Source: a virus
Length of the DNA: 64,000 nt
IMG/VR virus record: IMGVR_UViG_3300024275_000007
Strand: one strand, 5' to 3'
Positions 17,396-26,338 of the stretch are shown one piece after another (position 1 is the stretch's first letter; each line of letters opens with the position of its first letter). The notes under the pieces are model-generated. The model was not told where the DNA came from, searched no databases, and saw only the letters and a list, made by a program, of their open reading frames with translations. A program made the position numbers and the translations under genes.

Positions 17396-17697
17396 AGATC
17401 ACGTTTAAAGAGGCCATACGGTTTTTGCAGCGCTACAGCTTCGTATGGTCCTCCATTGATGGGCTCATGGAGTTGAAGTGCTACGACAGTGAAAACAGGC
17501 GACCAGCCTATCTTAGGCTCTATGATCCCCATACTGATTACGATCAGTTTATTATGGAAGACGATAACAAGACCGTTTATGTCAAGCATGGCCGAATCTT
17601 GGAATTCGTACAACGCGATCCAGCTTATAATCCCGTATTGATGAAGTCGGTAGAGATCATCCCACTCAAAGAAGTAATGTATGAAAATCACGTTTAA
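17392..17697 (+). CDS. MKxxF-family protein 4 (GTG 17392)
   Basis: MKITFKEAIRFL...NKTVYV. Confidence 0.75.
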   Translation: MKITFKEAIRFLQRYSFVWSSIDGLMELKCYDSENRRPAYLRLYDPHTDYDQFIMEDDNKTVYVKHGRILEFVQRDPAYNPVLMKSVEIIPLKEVMYENHV

Positions 17698-17944
17698 AGA
17701 GGCTTTCGATTTCCTGCGCTATGCCGATGACTACCGAGTCTTCGGCCAACAGGCGCTTCTAGATCTGTGGGATGGTGAAGAAACCTATATCCATTGTGAT
17801 CACGAAGAACATGTCAAGGACTTCCACATGACAGAGAAGAACGTCGTTTCAGTGGAAGTTAATAGGGGAGGTTTAGTAGAGTTCACTCTCGACAATGGCG
17901 ACGTCATCAAGATAGAAGCTCTACACATCAAGGAATACCGGTGA
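17681..17944 (+). CDS. MKxxF-family protein 5
   Basis: MKITFKEAFDFL. Confidence 0.8.
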   Translation: MKITFKEAFDFLRYADDYRVFGQQALLDLWDGEETYIHCDHEEHVKDFHMTEKNVVSVEVNRGGLVEFTLDNGDVIKIEALHIKEYR

Positions 17945-18099
17945 GGTTCTGGAACTGGCTAGTAAACCGATTTCGGTGCAAGCACCCCTATACCCGTGAA
18001 GTAAATGTCGTAACTATATATGCCGCCGGCAGTAAGCGCGTATTTGTTACGTATCAATGCCTTCACTGCGCAGCCTACATCAACAAGGAATACCCGTGA
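17941..18099 (+). CDS. small Zn-ribbon protein (52 aa, not in track)
   Basis: GTGA overlaps at both ends; CKH...CLHC. Confidence 0.65.
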   Translation: MRFWNWLVNRFRCKHPYTREVNVVTIYAAGSKRVFVTYQCLHCAAYINKEYP

Positions 18100-18410
18100 A
18101 AACCATCAGCTTCAAACAGGCCTGTGATTTCCTGAGTCAATTTCAGTGGATCAATGTGAACGGTTACCCAGCTAAGGTAAAGGAACAAAGTGATACCTTC
18201 ATCAGTTTTGGGTACGACGACGAAGATGGGAGTCACGATGATATCAAGGAAGAGGAGAACAAGGAAGTCGAAGTAACCGAAGACGGTCTAGTATTCCTCA
18301 GGAAGTGGTGGGGTTACCCGGCCTACGTCAAGGATCCGGAGTGGTTCGAGAAGATCGATCGCATCGTAGTCTGTGGCTTAGTCGATGTTAAGTATTGTGT
18401 GGTACCATGA
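18096..18410 (+). CDS. MKxxF-family protein 6 (GTG 18096)
   Basis: MKTISFKQACDFL...INVNG...NKEVEV. Confidence 0.75.
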   Translation: MKTISFKQACDFLSQFQWINVNGYPAKVKEQSDTFISFGYDDEDGSHDDIKEEENKEVEVTEDGLVFLRKWWGYPAYVKDPEWFEKIDRIVVCGLVDVKYCVVP

Positions 18411-18709
18411 AGACCATAACGTTTGATGAAGCATTGCATATCATAAAAGACGTTACCGATTGCTCCGTCGAAGGCATCAATGGTAAAATTCATAGACTCA
18501 CAGATGTGCGTGATAAGGAGTTTTTAGTAATTGATGTACCACTTCCCAGTGTTGGCGAGTGCCTATTTGTTCGACGAGAAACTAATAAGGAAGTTACAGT
18601 ACGAGATAACGGTGATATTGTTTTTAGGTCCGAGATAATGCAGGATCCCCTAGTTCTCGAATATGAAGTAGAGATATCTCCGCTTAAGAAAGCCAGTTAC
18701 ACTGCCTAA
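18407..18709 (+). CDS. MKxxF-family protein 7 (ATG 18407)
   Basis: MKTITFDEALHII...NKEVTV. Confidence 0.75.
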   Translation: MKTITFDEALHIIKDVTDCSVEGINGKIHRLTDVRDKEFLVIDVPLPSVGECLFVRRETNKEVTVRDNGDIVFRSEIMQDPLVLEYEVEISPLKKASYTA

Positions 18710-18765
18710 AGTCATGAATTGCAAGGTGCTATTGATTAGTGCTCCTGGGACATTAAGGTACAGCC

Positions 18766-18996
18766 ATGGAAGAAGTCCCAGGAGCACTGGATCTCCTCAC
18801 GACAGAGGAGCTAGTGGATGAGCTGATCAAGAGACACAAAGGTCTCCACAGGAGCTTAATCATCAGTAGCTGCACCCCCAAAGAGGGCACCACTGGCAAG
18901 ATGGAGATGCGCAGCATCGTAGTGGCCAATGATAACCAAACCATTATCAACATGTTGAGAGGCGTAACTGAGTCCTTGACGCAGAAGCCCAAATAG
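18766..18996 (+). CDS. hypothetical protein
   Basis: AAGGT RBS, 76 aa. Confidence 0.7.
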   Translation: MEEVPGALDLLTTEELVDELIKRHKGLHRSLIISSCTPKEGTTGKMEMRSIVVANDNQTIINMLRGVTESLTQKPK

Positions 18997-19694
18997 TGTT
19001 CGCGCAAACAATGTCTCCATTCCGTTTAGCTGTTTACAATTCAGCACATAAACTCCTTGGCTACTGGTTCTTACGTGAATCAGAGCCCGGTAGTTATGCC
19101 TTAACTACAAGGGATCCTCTCCATAGGAACTTCATCCTGAAGACGGCTGAGACCCCTGAAGACCTCATTAAGATGTTCTTCAAGAGCTACACCGGATACC
19201 TCGGTAGGTTAGTAGCTCAAGTCGAAAAGGATATTGCACAACTCCCATCCCAAGAGTATGATAAGCCAGGATTTAGGAAAGGCTGGTTAGTGAAGGCCCG
19301 ACGGGACTTAGTGTCTCGGAGAGCGGAACTAATCTGTTCTAGCCGGCAGAAGTACGCGGAAGCCGTGACGGTGCTTCGCAGCAGAAACTGGCCTCCTGTG
19401 GCGCCATTGAAACTACCATGGGACCGAGTCGATGTCAGTAGAGCAACCTTTATCACCGGAATTAGAGCAGGCAGTCCTGGAATTGTACAGTCAGGACATG
19501 TCGATGAACGCCGTAACCAAGGCCATGGGCATCAAGTACCCAGTGGTGCGCAGCATCCTGTTGGAGCACAACGTCCCAATACGGGGCAAGGCGGTCATGA
19601 GTCCCAAGGGGTCAAGACACCCCTCTTCGAAGTTATCCGAGGACCAACGAAACCAACTCCTGTTGGATCTCCAGTTGGGCCAAACAAGCCATAA
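18996..19694 (+). CDS. hypothetical protein (3' third overlaps the next gene)
   Basis: The first ~145 aa fill an otherwise empty gap; the C-terminal part overlaps 19432..20049. Confidence 0.55.
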   Translation: MFAQTMSPFRLAVYNSAHKLLGYWFLRESEPGSYALTTRDPLHRNFILKTAETPEDLIKMFFKSYTGYLGRLVAQVEKDIAQLPSQEYDKPGFRKGWLVKARRDLVSRRAELICSSRQKYAEAVTVLRSRNWPPVAPLKLPWDRVDVSRATFITGIRAGSPGIVQSGHVDERRNQGHGHQVPSGAQHPVGAQRPNTGQGGHESQGVKTPLFEVIRGPTKPTPVGSPVGPNKP

Positions 19695-20049
19695 CAAACT
19701 GGCACAGCACTATGGAATCTCCCGTGAACGAGTTCGACAAATTGCGAAAGAGCACAGTTGTCCATCGGGACGAGATATCGCTGAGTTCCGGAGAGAGCAG
19801 CGAGAAGATGCTCGGCAGACCCGTGTCATGGAACGGAAAATATTGGCACGCCGGAGATATGAACACAGGTACCTTATCTGGCGCGATCTCTGGGCATCTG
19901 GGAAGAGTATTGCCGATATCGCTGCGGCGATGGGTACTACCGTCGGTACCGTAGGTGTAAGAATAGCTGAGATCAGGAAGAAGTTTCCGGAGTGGTTCCC
20001 TTATAGACTGCCTCGCCTAAACCGGGAAGATAGTTCGCAGTCCACTTAG
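19432..20049 (+). CDS. multi-HTH DNA-binding protein with a sigma70 region-4-like HTH
   Basis: SMNAVTKAMGI, HNKLAQHYGISRERVRQI and SIADIAAAMGTTVGTV are three HTH-like motifs. Confidence 0.75.
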   Translation: MSVEQPLSPELEQAVLELYSQDMSMNAVTKAMGIKYPVVRSILLEHNVPIRGKAVMSPKGSRHPSSKLSEDQRNQLLLDLQLGQTSHNKLAQHYGISRERVRQIAKEHSCPSGRDIAEFRREQREDARQTRVMERKILARRRYEHRYLIWRDLWASGKSIADIAAAMGTTVGTVGVRIAEIRKKFPEWFPYRLPRLNREDSSQST

Positions 20050-20071
20050 GACTGCCGAGCCCTTATTTTTT
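20037..20071 (+). terminator. probable intrinsic terminator
   Basis: GCAGTCC-actta-GGACTGC 7-bp stem spanning the stop codon, then TTATTTTTT shortly downstream. Confidence 0.5.
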
Positions 20072-20080
20072 AGGTATGAC

Positions 20081-22102
20081 ATGAGCAAGACCGACGGACT
20101 TATTTGGCCCACCAGCGATAATGGCTGGAAGAAGATCCCTACTGGCCCCGGCTATGTGTCTACGGTCTCCGCAAACCTTTCTCCTGTTTCGCTGCGCTGC
20201 GTAAAAGGCGCTGGAGCCGTAGCGGGAGCCCCGGGACCGATCGTCGATTTTACTAGCCCGGATCAATTGGAGACAGCTAACCCCCCAAGAGATGGCAAAC
20301 CAGTCGTCTTATGGGCTGGGGTCCATCCTACTGACCTAACTACAGCTCTAGTGGTATGGTCATGCCCAGTCGTTGTACTTGACCCAACGAAGTTCAATGT
20401 GACAGGAAATGTCAGTGTTAACGGCAGAGTGATGTCCGTTAAGCTCAACGACTCCGTTGACATCGACGGCGGTAACCCCCAGAACATCACTATTCACAGT
20501 GGGGCCGTAGGTGGGTATGGGACCATCACTGACAATGGTAGCCCTCCTAGTGGCGTTGTAGCACCGGATACAGCCAACGATACCACTGATGATGCCACCG
20601 ATAAGAAATCTCCTACGGATGGCGAGGAGATCCCAGCTTTCTTCGTTAATGACGACACCACCTTAAATGTCATCTGTGTGTACCAATTCGAGATGCTCCA
20701 GGTCAAGCACTGCGGTGGTGCCAAGAACCACAAAGCCTGGGGTGTCTGCTGGTGCCTCTGGGGCTCTACGACCCCAATGGATCTGTTTCCTTTTGGGACT
20801 TTCAGAGATGTTGACGTCACTAATCTCGTACCGGGGACTATCAAGCACTACGCCGGGGCCGTCACAGGCTTTGCTGACCGCAGTACAGTTATCCCAGTCA
20901 GTGTAGTAGGCACAGCTGGCCCAGCGGTTACGGTGCAGGCCTGCTTAGAAAGCGGTACTGCACTACAAGACGGGGAATTCGTTGGCTTCGACGACTACGA
21001 ATGCGATACCGCCTGTAGCCACAACGATGTCACTAAGGTCCAGCGCGATGAAGCAATCCCCTTTGTCGATGAAGACATCATCAAGCCCGCCTTAAGAACT
21101 CTTCCTCTGAAGTTCTTCACTACAGCGGCTGCCTTTACAACGGCTACTGTACCCATCATTACGACGTCAACGTTTCAGCCGTTTACTCCGACTACACTGG
21201 CTCACAGTACTGTACCGCTATTTACGTCATCGATGTTGGCAACGTTAATGACATGGAACAATCCTCCGCCGATACCGCAGGGGACAACGACGATCCTGTC
21301 TAACGTCGATACCGGTAACATCCCCATTAAGGTCATCGGCTCTTCACTGACCCCGATCCACACTACTGTACTGTCAACAGTTGATTTAGTCGTGTGTCTC
21401 CCTGGGGGTAGTAGTACTACACTGCACTTGTTCGCATTGGGTTCAGCGGGGTCCGTCACTGTCATAACGTCAATTGAGACGGAGATGGCTAACTCTCCGG
21501 CATCACTGGAAGACATAACATATTTCGTACCAACAACTACTGGCTTTACACTACAATCAGTTATTGAAACGCTTCCCAGCGGATTGACGCAATTAGATGT
21601 CGTCCTTAGGACCGGCGATACCAATCTCGTCTTGGGGACCCCAATTGGTTCCCCTGTACCGTTTAGTGTTGGTACCGGCAGTACTACAACAGCCTTCGTA
21701 CCTGATCCAAGCGGAACACTGCACTTAGCAGCCATCGTTGATACTGACTCCCCTACAGACGATATGATTCAGGTCCTAACGGTGACCAATAGTGGCAAGC
21801 TCCATAAAACAAACACGACAGTGACGGCCCCGGGGACATGCGACAAGTCAGCTACGACAGTAGTAACCTCAGATGGCGGTTTGTATGAGGCATCAACTGA
21901 AATCGTTATGTTGAAGCCTATAATTGTCCAAAAGGACAGTGGAAACGAACAGGCATGCCCGTGCTTCACAACAACAGATGGCACCCCAGAAGCTAAGCCC
22001 GGAGACATCAGTGATGGGTTCAGTAGTAGCTCAGATGCCTATAATCCCTGCACCATTAAGGTCCGTAGGTTACAACACCGTAGGTGCCTAACGAGTTCAT
22101 AA
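20081..22102 (+). CDS. Thr-rich, beta-rich large protein, probably virion structural
   Basis: 673 aa; T/V/P-rich centre; scattered Cys clusters. Confidence 0.7.
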   Translation: MSKTDGLIWPTSDNGWKKIPTGPGYVSTVSANLSPVSLRCVKGAGAVAGAPGPIVDFTSPDQLETANPPRDGKPVVLWAGVHPTDLTTALVVWSCPVVVLDPTKFNVTGNVSVNGRVMSVKLNDSVDIDGGNPQNITIHSGAVGGYGTITDNGSPPSGVVAPDTANDTTDDATDKKSPTDGEEIPAFFVNDDTTLNVICVYQFEMLQVKHCGGAKNHKAWGVCWCLWGSTTPMDLFPFGTFRDVDVTNLVPGTIKHYAGAVTGFADRSTVIPVSVVGTAGPAVTVQACLESGTALQDGEFVGFDDYECDTACSHNDVTKVQRDEAIPFVDEDIIKPALRTLPLKFFTTAAAFTTATVPIITTSTFQPFTPTTLAHSTVPLFTSSMLATLMTWNNPPPIPQGTTTILSNVDTGNIPIKVIGSSLTPIHTTVLSTVDLVVCLPGGSSTTLHLFALGSAGSVTVITSIETEMANSPASLEDITYFVPTTTGFTLQSVIETLPSGLTQLDVVLRTGDTNLVLGTPIGSPVPFSVGTGSTTTAFVPDPSGTLHLAAIVDTDSPTDDMIQVLTVTNSGKLHKTNTTVTAPGTCDKSATTVVTSDGGLYEASTEIVMLKPIIVQKDSGNEQACPCFTTTDGTPEAKPGDISDGFSSSSDAYNPCTIKVRRLQHRRCLTSS

Positions 22103-22611
22103 TGGGTTTCTATACTCTCCCATATAAGGTCGATGATAGCTGCTGTCTTACCTGCCCAACGGTACAGAGCTGCACCTGTGATGAGACCAGCTGTTTGATC
22201 TGTTCTACGGATACGTCATGTTTAACAGCTAGTACTCAACCAGATGCTTTTATAACTACTTTCGGCTTATCGGTCCCATTCTTTAGTGTAGCTACATCCC
22301 CTCATACCTGGCATTGGCTCCTCCATTTGACCGATAACTGTGATGTTACCGTTGATCTTAACTGTAACCCATTTGACAGCTTTGCCTATGAAGTCATTGT
22401 GTCAGTAGTTGGGGTATCTGGTAGCTGTCCAGTGGGTGGTAGGACTACGTGGTTAAAAGGCTTCGGAGAAAGCGACAATATCATCTGCTGTACCGGTGGG
22501 GTCATAACTGGTACCGCCTCTGGACTGTCATTGGTAACAGCAGACTGCTTCCCCGATGTCCCCTGTGTCGGTGGTACGCTGCCGTTTGATGTAGACGTCA
22601 CCTTCGGATAA
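22102..22611 (+). CDS. Cys-rich protein (TAATG-coupled start)
   Basis: CCLTCPTVQSCTCDETSCLIC...CC. Confidence 0.75.
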   Translation: MGFYTLPYKVDDSCCLTCPTVQSCTCDETSCLICSTDTSCLTASTQPDAFITTFGLSVPFFSVATSPHTWHWLLHLTDNCDVTVDLNCNPFDSFAYEVIVSVVGVSGSCPVGGRTTWLKGFGESDNIICCTGGVITGTASGLSLVTADCFPDVPCVGGTLPFDVDVTFG

Positions 22612-22623
22612 GGAAACTTAGAT

Positions 22624-23232
22624 ATGAGCCCATTCCTCAGCGCTGTACAAGCGATGATCGACTTATGCACGACGTATCACAGTCAGCAGAAACACAGAGC
22701 GCTGTACGTCAGGTACAACATCTTCAGGGTAGCTGCTACACTGGCTCAGGAATGGCCACGGATCTGTAAGGTATTGCCACCACGAGACTTCAGTGATACA
22801 GAGATACCGATGGGGATAAACAGCTCTGTTACGCTATGTGCCAATGGAACAGTACTATACAATTATAAGAGGAACTGGGTAGATATGCCCTCTGAGGTTG
22901 CTGCTGCTTTGAAGGCTAGTGCTCAGCTCGACAGAGCCTGTCTTGACATATTAGATGCTGCCGGTATATCTGTGCCTGAGCCAATCGTGGATACGCCAGC
23001 ACCTACTACGGTTCAAAAGGTATTTAGCTTAGCTGACGCCATGGTGCAGTGGGCCAAGTCCGGCTTCAAGATCGCTCCCGAAGAGCAGTACAAGGACAGG
23101 AAGGCTATCTGCTTGGCCTGTGATCAATGGGACGGCGAAGGCTACTTCGGAGCTGGGGCCTGTAAGTCCTGCGGCTGCTCAGGGGCTAAGCTTTACTTGG
23201 CATCATCGAAATGCCCTAAGGAGAAATGGTGA
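22624..23232 (+). CDS. protein with a C-terminal DUF6171-like Cys cluster
   Basis: R..IC..C...C..CGC......CP..KW at the C-terminus. Confidence 0.7.
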   Translation: MSPFLSAVQAMIDLCTTYHSQQKHRALYVRYNIFRVAATLAQEWPRICKVLPPRDFSDTEIPMGINSSVTLCANGTVLYNYKRNWVDMPSEVAAALKASAQLDRACLDILDAAGISVPEPIVDTPAPTTVQKVFSLADAMVQWAKSGFKIAPEEQYKDRKAICLACDQWDGEGYFGAGACKSCGCSGAKLYLASSKCPKEKW

Positions 23233-23675
23233 ACATCACCGCCTCAGCTATCCTATCGTTCTTCCGTCCCGTTGATGGTAACAAGCCCAGCCTCATTGAG
23301 TCTGCACTGTGGCAATATTTCAATGCTGAGTTTCCCGAGGCACAGGGTGACTTATATAGCTATATCGAGAATGCTCAGTGCTCTTGCAAAGCCAAGCTTA
23401 TTAGATTACTGAACCTGAATCCAGACAAAGCCAAGGTCTGCATCGACATCATATATAGCGGTACCGATAAAGCTAAGCCGACGTTTGTCCTTAGTCAGGA
23501 CATGGCAGTCGATCAGACAGAACTGATATCTGTAGCTGGGACTGTCCTAACCATTCCTGCTGATATTGACAGCTACAGAAACTGTGTTATGAAGCTTCAC
23601 AGTGAGCGCAAGGTCTACCAAGGCATATTCATCAAAGATCTGCCTGATAAGAGATGGCAGCTGTTCTTTTACTAA
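23226..23675 (+). CDS. hypothetical protein
   Basis: AAGGAG RBS; CSC motif. Confidence 0.75.
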   Translation: MVNITASAILSFFRPVDGNKPSLIESALWQYFNAEFPEAQGDLYSYIENAQCSCKAKLIRLLNLNPDKAKVCIDIIYSGTDKAKPTFVLSQDMAVDQTELISVAGTVLTIPADIDSYRNCVMKLHSERKVYQGIFIKDLPDKRWQLFFY

Positions 23676-23752
23676 CGCGGGGTAGAGAAGTTGGTCATCT
23701 CGCCAGCCTCATAAGCTGGAGGTCGCTGGTTCGAATCCAGCCCCCGCGACCA
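23676..23752 (+). tRNA. tRNA-Met (CAT), initiator-like body
   Basis: Full 77-nt cloverleaf: CGCGGGG/CCCCGCG acceptor, CCAGC-CTCATAA-GCTGG anticodon arm, GGTTCGAATCC, encoded CCA. Confidence 0.95.
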
Positions 23753-23788
23753 CATGATTACCGGTCACCCTTCTTCTATTGAGGAACA

Positions 23789-23959
23789 ATGAAAGAACTA
23801 AGCAAAGAAAACGAGATCATCGATCTACTGTATAAGATCAGGGACCTTATTGGTGACACCCTAGATAAGGAAGCCCCCGATGTTAAACAGTTCGATATCA
23901 CGGTATCAAGTGTAGATCCAGGGAAGCCACGTACCTGTCGAATGGTCTTCTATGCCTGA
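23789..23959 (+). CDS. hypothetical protein (56 aa, not in track)
   Basis: GAGGA RBS; MKELSKENEIIDLLY. Confidence 0.65.
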   Translation: MKELSKENEIIDLLYKIRDLIGDTLDKEAPDVKQFDITVSSVDPGKPRTCRMVFYA

Positions 23960-24254
23960 GTCACTCATGACTCCATATCCAGGCTCGCCTCTTGGCTTAG
24001 GGCTTGGTGACACAGTTGATACTCCAACCCCAGAGATGCAGCGTAGCGTCGAAGAAGGCATTGAGAGACAGCTCAGGCTTAGGGATGACCTACATGCCAT
24101 AGCACAGAAGCGTATAGCTCTAAGCCTTAAGGACATTACTTGTGCTTGCGGCAGCAAACAGGTCCAGCTCATGTCTTGGATAGACAAGGTTGTGTACCGC
24201 TGCCGTGAGTGTCGGCTAACCTTTGATTACAAGGAACCAAATGGACCCACCTAA
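23952..24254 (+). CDS. zinc-ribbon protein
   Basis: CACG...CREC. Confidence 0.7.
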   Translation: MPESLMTPYPGSPLGLGLGDTVDTPTPEMQRSVEEGIERQLRLRDDLHAIAQKRIALSLKDITCACGSKQVQLMSWIDKVVYRCRECRLTFDYKEPNGPT

Positions 24255-24777
24255 TGGCGTACCGCCGAGACCGAAGAATTTCCATTATCCCGGAGAACCT
24301 TTGAATAAGTCCAAATTCGAAGACGCCGTCAACTTTCTCAATTCACTTGTTGAGACATGGGGTCCAGATGACTTCGCTGAAGCCACTCGCCTGATGTCAG
24401 AGTACCACACTAAGGAACCGAAGATGCTGCATCCCTCCGCTTATCCCGATAAATCTGCTTGTCTCGGTAGAGCACCAGTACCCATGGGCATAGATCTTCT
24501 TAAGATCAAGGAAACGCTCGTAGAATTAGCTAAGACACGGCGAAGCATGCACTGCGATCTAGAGCGTATCCGTACCGACTTGTCTGTTCTTATTAATGGC
24601 GGTGCGCAGCCAGAGGATCAGAAGTGCAAAGATGTCATGGAAGATATCGATTGGGCCAGTATGGGTATTTGGAATCTCTTAGAGCTTCTCACTACCCAGA
24701 CACAAGAAGACCACACTGAGCTAGTCCAGATCAGTGGTCACTTAAATCTTAATGGCCTAGGTAAGCCCAGTGCTTGA
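24241..24777 (+). CDS. hypothetical protein
   Basis: AAGGA RBS before ATG 24241. Confidence 0.75.
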   Translation: MDPPNGVPPRPKNFHYPGEPLNKSKFEDAVNFLNSLVETWGPDDFAEATRLMSEYHTKEPKMLHPSAYPDKSACLGRAPVPMGIDLLKIKETLVELAKTRRSMHCDLERIRTDLSVLINGGAQPEDQKCKDVMEDIDWASMGIWNLLELLTTQTQEDHTELVQISGHLNLNGLGKPSA

Positions 24778-25183
24778 TTACGGCCCCCATACCGCTGTTG
24801 ACCAAACTGACGCCATTACCCAGAAACCCTTTGGGCCGCGTCTCGTTGGGATGCACTACGTCCAACAGGTTAGACCCCACTTAACGGATCCCTATAAGCT
24901 CGCTGAGACAGCTGAGCGGATCCTATTACAGATGATTGCCGTCAATCAGCAGCATGACCCCATGGCTAGGCTGACTGAAACTGATCTCATAGAGCGTGGT
25001 GTTAGTCGAGCTATGAAGATAGCTAAGGCATTGCATGCCGAGTTCAAGATTCTCGAAGATGAAGTCGAGAAGGAAGCTGAGGTGGAGATGCATCGGGAGA
25101 TAGTGAAGTGTCAGCAGCATCAAAGACATATTACTGAGTTACTCAGCACTCCTATAACGGGACAGAAGCCGGACTTAACATGA
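24770..25183 (+). CDS. hypothetical protein
   Basis: 137 aa, in the operon chain. Confidence 0.7.
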   Translation: MLDYGPHTAVDQTDAITQKPFGPRLVGMHYVQQVRPHLTDPYKLAETAERILLQMIAVNQQHDPMARLTETDLIERGVSRAMKIAKALHAEFKILEDEVEKEAEVEMHREIVKCQQHQRHITELLSTPITGQKPDLT

Positions 25184-25380
25184 GATGCAAGAGTTACCGC
25201 TCCTGGGGCGATGCCTTAGCCAGGAATCTTAGGGCCGTAGAAGTCATTGGTGACCTACCAAAGGACTTCGTATTGAGTACAGCTCCAGGAGCGGTTAACA
25301 GACCAGATGTCGTATATAAGACCTATCTAATGAATTACGAGACCAACGAGCTGACTCTCATGAAGGAAGATAATGAGTAA
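25180..25380 (+). CDS. hypothetical protein
   Basis: ATGA overlap. Confidence 0.65.
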   Translation: MRCKSYRSWGDALARNLRAVEVIGDLPKDFVLSTAPGAVNRPDVVYKTYLMNYETNELTLMKEDNE

Positions 25381-25729
25381 GACTACCGCCACTATGCCGT
25401 CTATCCTCGGTACCAGCATAGCAGTCCAATCGACTGAATATGTCTTTGACTACATCTTGACCCGTTGCAGGGAACTATGGCCCAGTGCTATAGCCGTCAA
25501 CGACAACAATGAGTACTTCTACGGCACCCAGCCTGTCCCGGAACCAGGCGCCTATGGCTATGACATCTATAGAGACGCTGAGGAGTATGTAGGGCGCACC
25601 ATTGACTGCGGTGAGCCCATTCCATATGTGAACGTCAGACTAGACGATACCGCTACTATGATCCATGTACTAGGTGATCCAGCTATGGTGATGTTCATCA
25701 ACAGACTTGCGCTGTGGAAGCGCACCTAA
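25373..25729 (+). CDS. hypothetical protein
   Basis: AAGGA RBS, 118 aa. Confidence 0.75.
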   Translation: MSKTTATMPSILGTSIAVQSTEYVFDYILTRCRELWPSAIAVNDNNEYFYGTQPVPEPGAYGYDIYRDAEEYVGRTIDCGEPIPYVNVRLDDTATMIHVLGDPAMVMFINRLALWKRT

Positions 25730-25730
25730 A

Positions 25731-25907
25731 GTGTTTATGGTTACTCCGGAGCAGTACTCCTTGAACATCGATAGGATTCTCAAGCTGGAGCGTGAGAACA
25801 TGCAGCTCCGTGCCATGATCTCAACTAGGGACAGCGAGATCATGGACCTTAATAAGCAGATCGACGAATTACAGAGTTACGTTAACAATGCGGTTGATCC
25901 ACTATGA
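25731..25907 (+). CDS. small coiled-coil protein
   Basis: Heptad pattern LERENMQLRAMISTRDSEIMDLNKQIDEL. Confidence 0.65.
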   Translation: MFMVTPEQYSLNIDRILKLERENMQLRAMISTRDSEIMDLNKQIDELQSYVNNAVDPL

Positions 25908-26338
25908 CTGATCCCTTCAAACTGCTGCAACCCGATAAAGCCCCGCAGGCTATTATCAGACAGGCCCAACATGAACAAAGCAGTGGCAGTCTGGGTATGT
26001 GGCGTAATTGCCATATCGCTTTACCTGATATACACATTATTGATGTAGACCAAGTCATTAAGCCCCCAGTAGCAGACGACGGCAAAGAACTGACTTTTGA
26101 GCGGCGCCAGGAACTGATGAAGGGCAAGAAGACGTTCTTCGAACTACAGGGTGAGCAATGGGCAGCCAGGCTCAGTGGTGAGACTTACAACGATAAGTTC
26201 ACTGAGATTCAGCCCGAGGTGGTTGGTAAGTCAGCTGAGGCCGCTAAGCCTAAGGCATCGACGTATGCCCCGCCTAGAGAAGCTAAGATAGAGCTGAATA
26301 GCACTAACACCGATACGTCGGTACTGGAGACCAAATGA
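25904..26338 (+). CDS. hypothetical protein
   Basis: ATGA overlap, 144 aa. Confidence 0.75.
   Translation: MTDPFKLLQPDKAPQAIIRQAQHEQSSGSLGMWRNCHIALPDIHIIDVDQVIKPPVADDGKELTFERRQELMKGKKTFFELQGEQWAARLSGETYNDKFTEIQPEVVGKSAEAAKPKASTYAPPREAKIELNSTNTDTSVLETK

Noticed and set aside
19432-19694. 263-nt overlap as a true overprinted gene pair
   Set aside because: The overlapping tail of 18996..19694 reads like off-frame sequence; loss of a stop codon is the simpler explanation.
20081-23752. Element integrated at the tRNA-Met
   Set aside because: No integrase and no duplicated tRNA 3' end was found.
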